The notes below the pieces were generated by a model. The model made no database searches. It saw only the letters and a program-made list of their open reading frames with translations, and was not told where the DNA came from. From the NCBI RefSeq assembly GCF_004010195.1, contig NC_057728.1:40560578-40624577 (forward strand): a stretch of 64,000 nucleotides of DNA, in the 5' to 3' direction. Positions 25,840 to 38,720 of this stretch are shown here, in pieces. Each line of letters begins with the position of its first letter. The first letter of the stretch is position 1. Position numbers and translations under genes: made by a program. The stretch comes from Chiloscyllium plagiosum. Lineage: Eukaryota.

Positions 25840-26690
25840 TATCCTCAATACACCAGTTGCTAAAGGTAGGTATGTAGGTATAGCAGGTGCTAGAGGAGGC
25901 AAATGGTACGTTGGCCTTCATAGAAAGAGGATTCAAGTACAGGAGCAGGGATGTCTTGCTGCAATAATGCATGGTCTTGGTGAGACCAAACCTGAAATAT
26001 TGTGTGCTTTCTGATCTCCTTATCTGAGGAAGGATGTTCTAATTATAAAGGTATACCAGACTGATTCCTGGGATGGCAGAACTGGCACACAAGGACAGGT
26101 TGTGGTTAGAATTGTTTCCGGGAGCTCAGAACAATGCCGGGTATTTCATAGAAAACCTTTAAAATTTTAACAGAACTAGACAGAGTAGATGCAAGAAAGA
26201 TAATCCCAATGGTGGGGGAATTCAGCACCAAGGATCACAGTCTGAGAATATGCAGTAAACCATTTAGGACTGACATAAGGAGAAATGTCTTCACCCAGAG
26301 ATGATGTGGAGGAGCTGGTGTTGGACTGGGGTGGACAAAGTTAAAAATCTCACAGTAGCAGCTACCTGACAATAGACCAGCACTCCGAAAGCTAGTGCTT
26401 CCAAATAAACCTGTTGGACTATAACCTGGTGTTGTGTGACTTTTAACTTTGTTCACTCAGAGAATGATGAGCCTGTAGAATTTGCTACCACAAAAAACAG
26501 CCAAGGACAAAATACCGTATGATTTCAAGAAGGAGTTCGAAATAATACTTGGCGCTAAAGGTAACAACCTAATATGGGGAGGAACCAACAACAAACCATT
26601 GAGTTAGTTGACCATCCATGATATTAACAGATGGCAGTGCAGCTTTGAAGGACCAAATGGTCTACTCCTGCTCCTATTTTCTATTTTTCA
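25840..26690 (+). mobile_element. Decayed CR1-like 3' fragment
   Basis: LVRPNLKYCV remnant and the CR1 tail ggaccaaatggtctactcctgctcctattttcta. Confidence 0.65.
26302..26451. mobile_element. Inverted family A mini-element with 12-bp near-perfect TSD
   Basis: Minus arm 26302-26353 and plus arm with degenerate core ctgacaa...ctccgaaagctagtg, flanked by TTCAC[C/T]CAGAGA at 26290-26301 and 26452-26463. Confidence 0.8.
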
Positions 26691-27894
26691 TTTTTGTCTC
26701 CAAGTTACTGACTGGAAAGAAATCTACACTTTACCTGCATGAAAGAAACCTATTGAACCTTGCTCACCAAAGAAACTGGCATTGAATTGATCTCCTGGAA
26801 GTTATAACTCACAAATACTAAGTTTTTATACCTCTGGACTTATTAAAACTTTTAAGTTATAACCAATCTCCTCTCCTCTGCTGTCTTCCTTAATTTCTTG
26901 AATACTCATGTTTGTGTGAATGAAGTGGCAAATAAATTCCCTGCATTTTAAATGGTTTGATAATAAACCCTATCTTTGACTTAGTTGTAAAGAATATTAC
27001 TGTGGGTTTATTTTTAAAAAAACTGGAGTCAGCAAACCATGGCTTTGGAAACACACTTTGGCCTACCTCAGTAGGAGGCAGGAGCAAAAAGGGAAAGAAT
27101 TAAATCAAACAATACTTTCAATATTAGGCTTAACAGGGGGAAAACCAATCATAACTTTACCCCATTCTCCCTCTTACTGAGACGGTACTGTTTCAGTCAC
27201 AGCAACTAATCATGTGTAACAATGCTCACTGGCTGTTTGAATGCTGATGTTCTCACATAACAGGAGCATCTGTCAATGTCATGAGAGACAAAATGTTCAA
27301 CAAGCTGCAAGACCTCCCTGTTCTCTGCAAACCAGGGACTGTGAAAATTTCTATTTACAACAGTGATAAACCACTGAAAGTGATTGAGAATTTTGAAATG
27401 CCTGTTTCATTCAAAGACATTAGAATGAATCTGCATTCAACGTCAAATCTGAAGAATGTGACATACTTATCAGTTTCCGCATAGCAACAGATCTGCACAG
27501 GATTACACAGTCACATATACAATTCCTAGGCATATCAATAACATTTTCAGTTGTATGCTGACCACATTACTGGTTTCAGTGGAAAGGGGCCAGGGCTGAT
27601 TGCTTATGGTCAGGCAGAAGAGGGAAGTCATGTTGGGGGGGGATTCAGATGAAACAGTCAGTGTCATTCATTAGAGGTGCGGTGTGGTCAGTAGTTAATC
27701 TGCAAATGGAATAGGCTTTTTATTCCTCTAAAGTTTCCTGACAACCATTAAGGTAATTAAGTTAGAATCCTCCAAAATCTCTGATTCTAATTCAGAACAG
27801 GGGACTTTTATTTTGAGGGTTCCAGGTGTTTAACTGACTGACATACATATATTGAATTAAGTGCCAAAAGACTTCCAGAAGAGGGTTTTATCAT

Positions 27895-28105
27895 AAATCT
27901 GGGGTTCAGTTGGCTGGACAGCTAGTTTGCAATGTAGGATATGGGTGCAGTTTCAATTCCTGCACCAGCTGAGTTATCTTGAAGGACTCTCCTTCTCAAT
28001 CCCTCTACTTACCTGAGTGTGGTGACCCTCAGGTTAAACCACCACTAGTTGTTTCTCTTTATTGAAAGAGTAGTCCAATGTCTGGCAGGACTATGGTGAC
28101 TTTAT
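27895..28105 (+). mobile_element. Decayed tRNA-derived SINE (third family; related copy at about 41305-41452 on the minus strand)
   Basis: B-box-like gtttcaattcc; the segment ccttctcaa...cctgagtgtggtgacc matches the reverse complement of 41328-41370. Confidence 0.5.
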
Positions 28106-28224
28106 TACAAATCTATCTTTCACAAACAATAATTTCCACCCTTCCTTTCTAGATCCTTTCTGTATCCAGAAGCCAACTTCTTACTGGGGAAGAACCCAAC
28201 TTTTAATATTTTCTAATCATCCTG

Positions 28225-28695
28225 TTCGGATATGTTATTACACATATCTGGAATAGGTGGGACTGGCATCCAGGTCCCTTGGCTCAGAGATAGGAACATT
28301 ACTACTGCCACAAGAACACAGCTCTTTTTTTCATTTCCAGTCTTTTTTCCCCTCTTGATTTACATCCAGGGATGCTCTTACACAACTATGTCTTTTTTGC
28401 CCATCACCAAAGATATCTTGTTAACCTATTAACTAACCACGAGGAGTAAATCACCCACATTCTCCAACTTATTAATTTATGTGCAAACCCATTAAGGGCA
28501 ATATAGAACATTAAAGTGAGGAGGTAGTGAAGAGATAGAGGTGGTTAAATCACAATGGAGCTAGAAGAATCCAGCTCTTAATTTTGTAACCAACCTGTTC
28601 AGGGATGTATTCACACACCTCTGGAGCAGGTGGGATTTGAACCCAGGCCTCCTGTTCTAGCGATAGGGACTCTTCCTCTGCACCACAAGAGGGCC
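28225..28695 (-). mobile_element. Two decayed tRNA-like SINE heads (about 28225-28315 and 28600-28692)
   Basis: Minus strand cttgtggtgcagagg...gggttcaaatcccacc (A/B boxes). The two segments are similar direct copies. Confidence 0.5.
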
Positions 28696-31477
28696 CTAAG
28701 AACCTAGATCTCAAATACAAAGTCCATTGAGCATCACCAACTCTCAGTCAACTCTGGAGTTGTTCTGGTTGAGGCTTAAAGCAACCTACATTTCTAACCT
28801 TGAGGCTAGACACTGGGTAATTGCCTAAAGGAAATTTAAACTCCCTGGACAGAGAGTGCGTAGTCAATGCATTGTTCAAGGTATGTCCCGTCTCCAACTA
28901 TTCAGAGACCACCAGAAAATCTGTTCTTGTGTTTCAACAACACATGTAGTTCTAATTCTGAACGTTCATTGCTAAATCATACAGTTTCTTCCCAAGAACT
29001 TTACAAAGTTAATAAAAGTCATAACTAGCTGTTGTCACTGTGTTCTGTAAAAATACCTGCTAAGCTTTCTATTTTTAAGAATTCTGTGTAGAACATCTTC
29101 CACGTGCCATTCTAACTATTCCCCATAATATCATGAATTACAACAATGGCTTGAGAGCAGCAAACATATTGTCATTGGTATTTTATACATATTCTACACA
29201 AAACACCCAACACTAGACCATCTCCATTCAATGATGTAACATGGTACAACTGAAGGACATCAACAAATGTCTCAGTAACATCATAACACTTTATAACACT
29301 GTAAGTGTGTGGCACAGTTCAATTCTTCTTCATTTTGAATGTTGTTGTAAAATTGCATTTTATGTAAAGCGTTCACAGTTTATTTATATAATTTTCTTTT
29401 TATAAAATGTGTAATTGGTAACTGACTTTCACAGGTACCTTTGAGCTATGTCAGTTTGTTTTGTGTGCCAGACGTGTCACAGTGCACTCCCTCAAGATAA
29501 AAATAGCAATTTTAAATAAATGCTGGCTACACAGAACCCTAGCGCATTAGCATCTGAGGAAAGAGAAGTGTTTGATCCTTTCTGGTATTTCCCTTGAGGC
29601 TATTCCTTTTTGGACCACAAGAAGGAGAATCATATTATTGGGTAACGGCCGCCAGAGCATACACATATTTATTTTCTTGAAATAAAACCAGAAACTGCTA
29701 GACGTAAACTACAGGTTAAAATTTTAGGTGGAATCACAGCACTTATTTTCCCCTGCACACCAGTTGCTGCATTCCAAAAACAAGCGAGGCACACAGTGAC
29801 AGGAGAAGGTCACTCTGCATCTAACACTTATGTGTGTAGTTTGCAGAGGTACAATAAACTTGTAAAGGAAAATGGCTATTCCTAATCCAGTTCATGAAAC
29901 AAAAAGTCCATGCTGCACAGTATTTAATAAGCTGCAAATGAACAAGGGTATGAATTCCCTAAAATCATGAGCTTCATGGAAATTCATATCATTTAGCAAT
30001 ACTCATCACATTAGAAGCCATTGTTTGGGTATAGGCAAAGATATAGGCAAATAATTTAACACACTAAAGCCACTAAATATTACTGTGCTAAGATCCAGTC
30101 ACTGAGTTCTTAACTTTAGGGCTATGTAAGCCAGACAGAGCTTTAACTGGAAACATTCCTAATAAGGTGTGCAAGTCCACACAATCCTCTCATTGGCAAG
30201 TTTACTCAGTCAATATGTTTTCTTCTCTGAAACATCTGAATACTTAAAAACTGGAGCCACTTCATTTCTTGTGCTCACTGTATAAAGAATTGTGTTAGTC
30301 TATATAGAATACTTTCTGACAAACCTTTGTGGTGTGGAGGGGATAAAGGAAATTAAATGTATTTATTGAACTGATTAGCACAAACCTGTGCTTAACACAT
30401 TGACGTGAAATATCACACATGTAGTGCAGCCTTAAAGTATTCGAAAAGAAGACTTAAAAATAAGTGTACTTGCTGAATTTAGAGGTCATAGTTAGATTTA
30501 CAGGTTAACTAACTAATTAATGAACCCTGGATTAGATCTGAGCCCTGAATGGGATGACTATTATTGCATAATTCTGTGCTAATTCTAATGTGATCTCATA
30601 CAGCACTGACACAGAATGATGTTCAAATTTGAACCATTGTTAGTAAGAGTTTATTGAGAAGTTCATTCCATGATCACTATAATAAGGCAAAGCACATTTT
30701 CTAGAAAAATGTGACCTTCTGCTCTACTTTACTTTTCTTCTTGCCCAAATATGACTCATGGTACTTAAGATAACTTGTGACACTTTTCACTTGTAAGCCA
30801 AAGTCACTGGCAGCTGGCTATTCATCTATGGAAGATATCACAATGAAGCCGCACATGCACTTCCAGCAGATGTCATTCAGCAATCAAGAAGAATTGTCCT
30901 CGCCAAATGAAGCTAGTTTGAAGGATTAAAGACAACTGTTGTATTCTAACTGCTGTCCCAGCTGAATTCAAACAACACAACACAAATGGAACCACTGAAT
31001 TTATGATTTTCAGTTAATGCATTCAACAGTTAAGTTAGTAGAAAGGCCTGACAAATTAAATATTAAAGCAGGATGCCACTTATCTGAATTGACTAACTTA
31101 ATTAGCACAAGTTGTGTCAAACCGGTTTAAAAATAGCAAATCAGGGGTGCAAACTAATTCCCATGCAGGCTGAAACAAAAATAGTACTGTTGCTGTACCA
31201 GCCAGTAATTTTATTCTCCAAGTCTTCCTGTGCATGTATAAAAACAATGCTGATTAATAGTGAGAAATGTTTTCAGCTGCTTTGCTGCATCAACCTTGAA
31301 CTGTAATGAAGATCATATGTTAGATTGGGGTTTCTCGAGCATTCTTTTGGTGTACAGTAATGGCAAAAGCCCTGCAGTCCATATGATGACAAGAAAATAT
31401 TTTCAATTATGTAGTGCTGTTCCAGTCTGACAACTGTAATTCTATTGTATCCATGCCACTCAACTTACTCCTCAATA

Positions 31478-33230
31478 TACAGAACTATTGCAGATGCCGA
31501 AAATACTCAGCAGGTCAGGCAGCATTTGTGGACACAGAAGGACAGTATTAATATTCAGGTCATGACCTTTTGTCAGAAATGGAATGGAATTGAGATAGGG
31601 CAGATTTTAAGCAAATACAATGGCAGGAAGGGTGAGGAGGAGAAGAGCACATAAGAGTGCCTGTCATAGGATTGGAGATAGAAGTTAAAATGACAAAAAG
31701 GACAATAGTGTAAGCAAAATGGTAATTGGACATGTTAAAAAAAGTTAGAAGGAATAAATAGGAGGTGCATTACCTTCAACAATAATTACTATCTGAATAA
31801 AATTGGATAATGGTTGTGATCTGAAATTTTTCCACATGGAAGACTGCACAAGGCCCTAATCAAAAGACAAAGTCCCATTTCTCAAATATATATTGTACTT
31901 TATTAGAACAATGTAGCAGGCTGAGGTTGGAGCACTGAGCGGGAATGAGCCAGAGAATTAAAATGTCAAGTGACCAGAAGGTAGGGCTCATACTTTCAGA
32001 CTGATGAAAAGGTTTCATAAAGCAATAACCCAGTCTGTTTTTGGCTTCCCTAGAGTAGGGGAAAACACTGTTATGAGGAGTGGATGCGAAGCACTGAATT
32101 GAAATAAAGTTTCAACTGCAGAGCGCTCAAGGTCTGAGACAGTAAGAAAGAGAGCCTACACTTCTATCTCTCTCCATCTCCTGTGCTGGCAAAGTAAGGT
32201 GCTGTAGGAAAAGGACGGCTGGTTGAGAAGTAGAATAACGTATAATGCTGCAGGGGGAGAACAAGTGTTTTAGGCTAGTGGCACCATGATGGAAACAAAG
32301 AAGAATGATCCACTGAATGTAGAGGCTGTTGGGTTTGAAGGTGACAGGAGAAAAGGAATGCCATTATTGTCCATGGACAAACTAGAAATAGTGAGAACAG
32401 AAGGACAGAATATTAAATAGAAATATTCAATGACCATGGCAATCAAGGTGAAGTACTGAAGGTGGCACCTTAAATTACAATTGAGATGAAGAAACTTACA
32501 ATGTAGAGTTGTCCTTACAGGAAGTGGAGTGAGAAGAAATGTAGACAATGGAGATGTCATAGTCAGTGAATTATAGTGGATATTGGTCCATACTTGACAC
32601 CAGAAATGAGGCTTGAAGATTGAGGAAAAGAAAGATTGGAGATAGACTGCATGAACATAATAGAAGGGTGGAAATTGTGATCAAAGTTATCAAAGATTTC
32701 CCAGTTCAGAGCAAAAGCAAGAAATGGCACCCATGTTTGTCATTTTCCCAGAAAAAAGGCAAGAGAAGGAACTGGACTAGGGGTGGAAACAAGAATGCTC
32801 CACATAGATATTTCTAATTTTTTATAAGATAAAAGTCCCATAGCAACACCTTTTACTTGAAGCAAGTAAAAAAAGTCAAAGGAGATTGTGTTCAATGAGA
32901 GAACAAGACCAGCAAGGTCTAGGAATGATTTATAAAGGAACTGAGTGGGCTCCTACTCAAGGAGAAGTGGAGAAATCTCTGACAACCCTGGTTTGGGTGA
33001 TGGAGTAGAGGGATGGAAATGTAGAGAGGTTGGGTGTAAAGGTGAAGCAGAGATGTTTAGGTGTTTAGGGTCTGAATACTTAAGAGGAGTGTGTGTCAGC
33101 AGTCTGGTTGAAAGAAGATAATCGAGTTTGTAGGGGAACAACATGCTGAAACAATGGGACAATTTGAGCAGACCTGTTTATGGATCTTGGGAAGCAAAAT
33201 GAAACAATTGCATGGGCTCAGGATTGGAGA
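31478..33230 (-). mobile_element. Highly decayed Penelope-like element (RT, GIY-YIG and terminal repeat with degenerate hammerhead)
   Basis: Minus-strand remnants resembling LVT.HFNS and LLHCS (GIY-YIG tail, 31900-31980) and TNIHY..TD (RT thumb, 32555-32590). Terminal ctgacaa-a-aggtca-tgacct-gaa at 31554-31576, followed by the gctgcctgacctgctgag motif. Confidence 0.55.
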
Positions 33231-34198
33231 TGAGGTCATTTTTAGAACAGTGAAATTAGTTATCTCTCTGACTGTTTGGGTTCTGTGATAATTGAGTTTC
33301 TGTGTAAACCATGACAGCGATTTTCATCAGAAGGAATAAAACGTTCCATCAAACCTACCTAGTTCACACTAGCCATGACTGTGCCAAAAAGAAACTTTCT
33401 TGAAAAAGAACAATTCATGCTTATCCCTACCCTTTACTACATAACCATTGGTCCATTCTAATCTGTCAAATAATCTCAATGGGTAAACAATCTGCCCTTA
33501 CATTGTTTTACAAATCTCAAACTGATAACCTCTAAATATATACTCTTCTAAAATAAATAAGCCTAGCTTGGTAAATCTATCAGAAGAACTAAGGTTCTTC
33601 AAACTTTAAATCAGTCTTGGGACATTTCTCTGGATCTTTTCCAAAGCCATTGTATTCACTCATCAAAATCTCACGAAGGACTACGCAAAGGCGGAAAGAA
33701 ATCCCTGCTTTATACTTAATTGATAGAAATATTGGAACATTATTTTCTAGGATATCAGCATTGCTGGCAAGGCCAATATTTGCTGCCAATCCCTAAATGT
33801 TCTTGAGAAGATGGTGATGAGCTGTTTCCCTGGAGCACAACAGTTCATCTGGTGTAGGTACTGCATGCTTTAGTGTCGTTAGCTAGTTCCAAAAGCAAAC
33901 TCACAAGATCAATAAGCCACTGAGTCATGATGCTGTAGTCCAAACTATTGAAAAAAAGCCAGAGAGGAATATTCAATTGACCTAAGAGCACAATGGACCT
34001 ATTTCCAATGAAACATATTTGTTCAAGAAAGGAGAATGAGGCTCACAATTAAAAATCATTTAGTCTGAAGTCAGCTGTTTATAAAATATTTAATCTATGC
34101 AATTTGCAATTTAAGATGAAGTTAGTTAGGATTGAAGAATGCATGGGTTAATCAGGACATGCCAGTTTCAACCTGTAAAAAATACAAGTGGAGACATT

Positions 34199-36895
34199 GG
34201 TAGTGGCGTAATGGTAATCATTGAAGTGGTTATTCAGAAGCCAAAAGGTTAAAGTTCCGGGGACATGGGTTTGAATCTTATCATGGCAGATGGTGAAATT
34301 TGCATTCAACGACAATCTGGAATTAAAAGCTAACTGAATGGTGATTATATAATAATAATAATCATAAAAAGCCATCTGTGAAAGAAATCTGTAGTGCTTA
34401 CTTGGTGTGGCCTACATGTCACTTCAGACTCCCAATAATGTGGCTGACTCTTAACTGACCTCCAAAATTGCCTAGCAAGACAGTCAACTATATCATGATA
34501 TTACAAAGTCTAATCAAAAGAATGAACTGCACAAATAGCAAGCCCAACCCCGCTGACCCTGCAGAGTCCTTATCAACCCATTGGGACTGGTGCCAAAGTG
34601 GAGAACACTGTCCAATAGGCTAGTCAAGCAATAGCCTGACTTGTCTAAGGTATGATTCAGTGAAGATGACCATATCACAGATTGCTGCATCACCACCTCT
34701 GAGTCTTTCCTGTTGCACCAACAGGACAGAGGTGGCACAGTGGTATACAGATGAGGAAAGTTGCTTTGGAATCCTCAACATTTACTCGAAATCCCATTAC
34801 ATCTCATGGAAAGTCAAATCAAACATAGGCAAGGAGACCTCCTGCTGATTCCCATCTACTACCCTCTTTCCACTGAAGGATCAATACTTTTCCATGTTGA
34901 ACACCCGTTAAAGAATGCACCAACAGTGGCAATGGTACAGAATGTATTCTGGTATGGGACTTCAATAACCATCACAAAGAGTGGCTCAGTAGACTGAATG
35001 AGCCCAAAAGATCATAGCTACTAGACTAGATTTGTGATAGGTGATGAGGGAACCAACAAAACAGTCAAGCCTACTTGACCCCATCCTCACCAATCTACCC
35101 AAAGCAACTGTCTACAATTGTGCAGTGGTCTCTCATACTGATGCAGTCACTGAACCAGAGTCCAATCTTCATAATGGGGCTATCTTTCCTCACGTTGTGT
35201 GACACTATCACTGCTATAAATGGAATAGACTCAAATTTAAACATTCATGAAGCATTGTAGACCATCAGCAGCTGAGGAATTATATTCAGCCACAAACTAT
35301 AACTTCATAACCTGGTTTATTCCCCACACTACCTTTATCAAAAAGCCAGGGGATCAACCACAGTTCAATGCAACCTAAAATGAAGTATCAACCTAGAAAG
35401 GCTGTAGCATAGGACTACTTGCATGCCAAACTACAGAAGCAACAGATAAGCAATCCCACAAATGGATCAGTTTTAAGGTCTGCAGTTCTATTACATCTAG
35501 TCACGAATGTGGTGCACAATTAAATAACAAGCAGGAGGGGAAAGCTCCACAACCATTTCCATGCGCAATGATGGGGGAGCCCAGAACATTAGTACAAAAG
35601 ATAAGGAAGAAGTATTTGCATCCATTATCAGTGAAACGTGTTGAGTGTCTGATCCACTTCAGCCTCCAGCTGAGCTCCCCAGCATTACAGATATAGTATT
35701 CAACCAGTCTGATTCACTCTGCATGACATCAATAAACTGCCAAAGGCATTGTATACTGGAAAGGCTGAGCCTTGAGAATATTCAGCTACATTACTGAAGA
35801 CTTGTGCTCCAGAACTAGCAGTGACCCTAGTCAAACTGTTGCCAGTACAGCTATAATACTAACAACTACCTGACAAAGTGGAAAATTATCGGTTGTCCAC
35901 AAAAATCAAAACAAATACAAACCACCTGATCCATCAGCTCCCATCATCAGCAAAGTGTTATAAGGGGCCATTGAAAGTACTAACAAGCTGCACTTCCAAA
36001 GAAATCAACTGCTTCTTGACATCAAGCTTGGGTTTAACTAGGGCTACTCATTTCCTGATGTCATTACAGCCTTGATCCAAATATGAAAAACCAGACCACC
36101 TTGATAACAAAGGTACTTGATTAAGTGTGGCACCAAGGAGACCTGGCAATACTGGAATCAATCAGGGTGCAGACTGTCCATTGGTTTACAACATACCTAG
36201 CACAAAAGCAGATGATTGTAGTTGTTGCAAGTCAAACATCTCAAACTGCAGATATTATTCTGAGTAACGCCTGCAGTGATGTCCCCGGCCAACATTTTCA
36301 GCTGCTTCATCCATGGCCTTCCTTTCATCAGGAGTTCAGAGGTGGGGATATTTGCAAGCTGCACAGTGTTCAGCAACTTCTGCAACTCCTGAGATATTGA
36401 AGTAATCATATCCAGATGAGTTTCAGGCTTGGGCTAATATGTGCCAAATAACAATCAATTCACAGGAATCAGCTGTGTGATTGGATAACCTCTACTGGCC
36501 TAGATGGATGTATTTCCAAGAAAAATAACAGCCCATCGAATAGGCACCTTATCCACCGCATTAAACATCCACTTACTTCGCCAGCAATGGCAGGAATGTG
36601 TATTATTGACACAATGCATTGCAGTCACTCACCCAGGTTTATTTAACAGAACCTTTGAAACCTATGATGTCCAGCATCTAGAAAGACAAGGGCAGCAGAT
36701 GCATGGGAACACCAACATTTGCAATTTGCCCTCCAAGTCATATACAGTACTATCCTGACCAGGAACTATGTCACTCATTTTTCACTTTTCACAATGTCAA
36801 AAAGCCTGGAACTCCCCTTCTAACAGACTGTGCGACCCGACCGCTGTGGTCCAAGAAGGCTCACCAACACCTTCTCAAAGGCAATTAGGAATGGG
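34199..36895 (+). mobile_element. Decayed CR1-group LINE preceded by a tRNA/Deu-SINE-like head
   Basis: 34199-34465 is similar to SINE 23501-23770. It is followed by endonuclease remnants (RLVKQ.PD, GDFN.HHKEWL-like), RT-region remnants (LKTCAPELAVTLVKL) and the tail ggcaattaggaatggg. Confidence 0.65.
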
Positions 36896-37794
36896 TGTGG
36901 TAGATAAAACATAGTTACGTTTGATGGAGATTTTTCTTTGAAAGAAGTGACTAATTGGATAAAGGCAATGCCAGTAAATGTGATGTTTCTGGATTTTCAG
37001 AAGCATTTGACAAGGCATCTCACAACTGACTTGTTAAAAGAAACTCAGCAAATGCGAGAAGAAAATAATGTGATTGCATAATTCAAAAGCTACTTTATGG
37101 CAAGAAAATAAACATATTATGTTATATGTGGTGCATACTAGAGGTTTGTGTTAGACTCATTCAATCTCTGCATACGAGTGTCATTTTGATGGAGTATTGG
37201 AAATAAACCTAGCAAACAAGTGAGATCTACAAAATACTTCAGAAATACAGGTGACAGATGCATTTTACTATACATGAGTGCATGTGTAATGCTTTTTGGG
37301 AAGAAGAATGGAATTACACACAGGAGAATATACAGAGTGAACAGACACTGAGCAGAGGGGCATGATAAACTCTGTGAAAGTGGAAAGTAAGTTTAATGAA
37401 GTCACATGAAAGGCCAATAGAATTTGCAGCATTATGAATGGGGTCACAGAGCCTCAAAGAAGTGAAAAAAAAGCACCATTTTTTGTGTGCAACCATACAG
37501 ATGACATTAAAGTTGTTGGCTGAGTTTTCCCATTTGTGGCAGCGTTTGCACAGTTTGTGATAAATTTTCTCATGCAACCATCTGCTCTTCAGCTCATTAG
37601 TTATGAAAACATCCTCCGCGGTGTCCATCACATGGACTTGTGCAGCAAGAGAGGTGCAGGTGTTTGCTGCTGTTGGAATTTTTAATGCTCATGATGTGAA
37701 CACCATATTTAAATCCCAGCTCCTCAGTATTTCAGGTGCTACAAGCCAGGAACTGCCCTTTACTCTGTGGTCCTGCACGTTTATGCAAAAGGAA

Positions 37795-38010
37795 ATGCCT
37801 CAAAAAGGCAAATTAGCTCCTTAGTTCACTGATATAAACCTAGAGGTGCTGGTGGATAAGGTGGTGGAGAGAAAGGCGGTAACATCTCCTGTTGACCAGC
37901 AAGGGAGACCCCGCCACCAGACCTACCAACCTGGACTGATGCAATATCCCAGGTGAATAGGAATGCCACTGCAGAGAAAGGATTAATGATCTCCTACACT
38001 CTGTAACGGC
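37795..38010 (+). mobile_element. Pseudogenised Myb/SANT-like ORF of the type carried by PIF/Harbinger transposons
   Basis: Manual translation: MPQKGKLAP*FTDINLEVLVDKVVERK...(frameshift)TWTDAISQVN...CRERINDLL. Confidence 0.5.
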
Positions 38011-38212
38011 AAATGCTACCATTTTTTTTTCTACCAAGCCCACACTCACAGGGCCACCACTCAAAATCCACTCATGTCGCAGTCTCATGGTCTACATTTC
38101 TCATCATCTCATGTCCACTCAACTCACTTCATCATCCTACACATGCACCAGTGATGCTTTACCATCACTCCTGCTCATGAATCACCATTTAATGTTCTTA
38201 TCCATTTAAAAT

Positions 38213-38720
38213 CATAGAGTCAAAAAGACTGCATGGAAACATTCCCTTCAGTCCAACTCGTCCATGCTGACAAGATATCCTAAATTAATCTAGTCCCATT
38301 TGTCAGCATTTGACCCATATCCTAATAAACCTCTACTTGTTCATGCACCCATGGAGATGCCTTTTAAATGTTATAATTGTACCAGCCTCCATCACTTCCT
38401 CTGGCAGTTCATTCCATGCATGCACCACCCTCTGCATGAAAACGTTGCCCCTTAGGTCCCTTTTAAATCTTTCCCCTCTCACCTTAAACCTATTCCCTTT
38501 AGTTTTGAACTCCCCTACCGTGGGGAAAAGACCTTAGTTATTCTCTCCATCCATGCCCCTCAAGATTTTATAAACTTCTATAGGGTCACTCTTCAGCCTC
38601 AAATACTCTAGGGAAAATAGCCCCAGTCTATTCAGCCTCTCAGTCTTGTTCAAACCCTTCAACTGTGGCAACATTCTTGTAAATCTTTTCTGAACCCTTT
38701 CAAGTTTCACAAATCCCTCC
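38213..38720 (-). mobile_element. CR1/HER1-like 3' fragment
   Basis: Same sequence family as 13834-14340. Confidence 0.85.
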
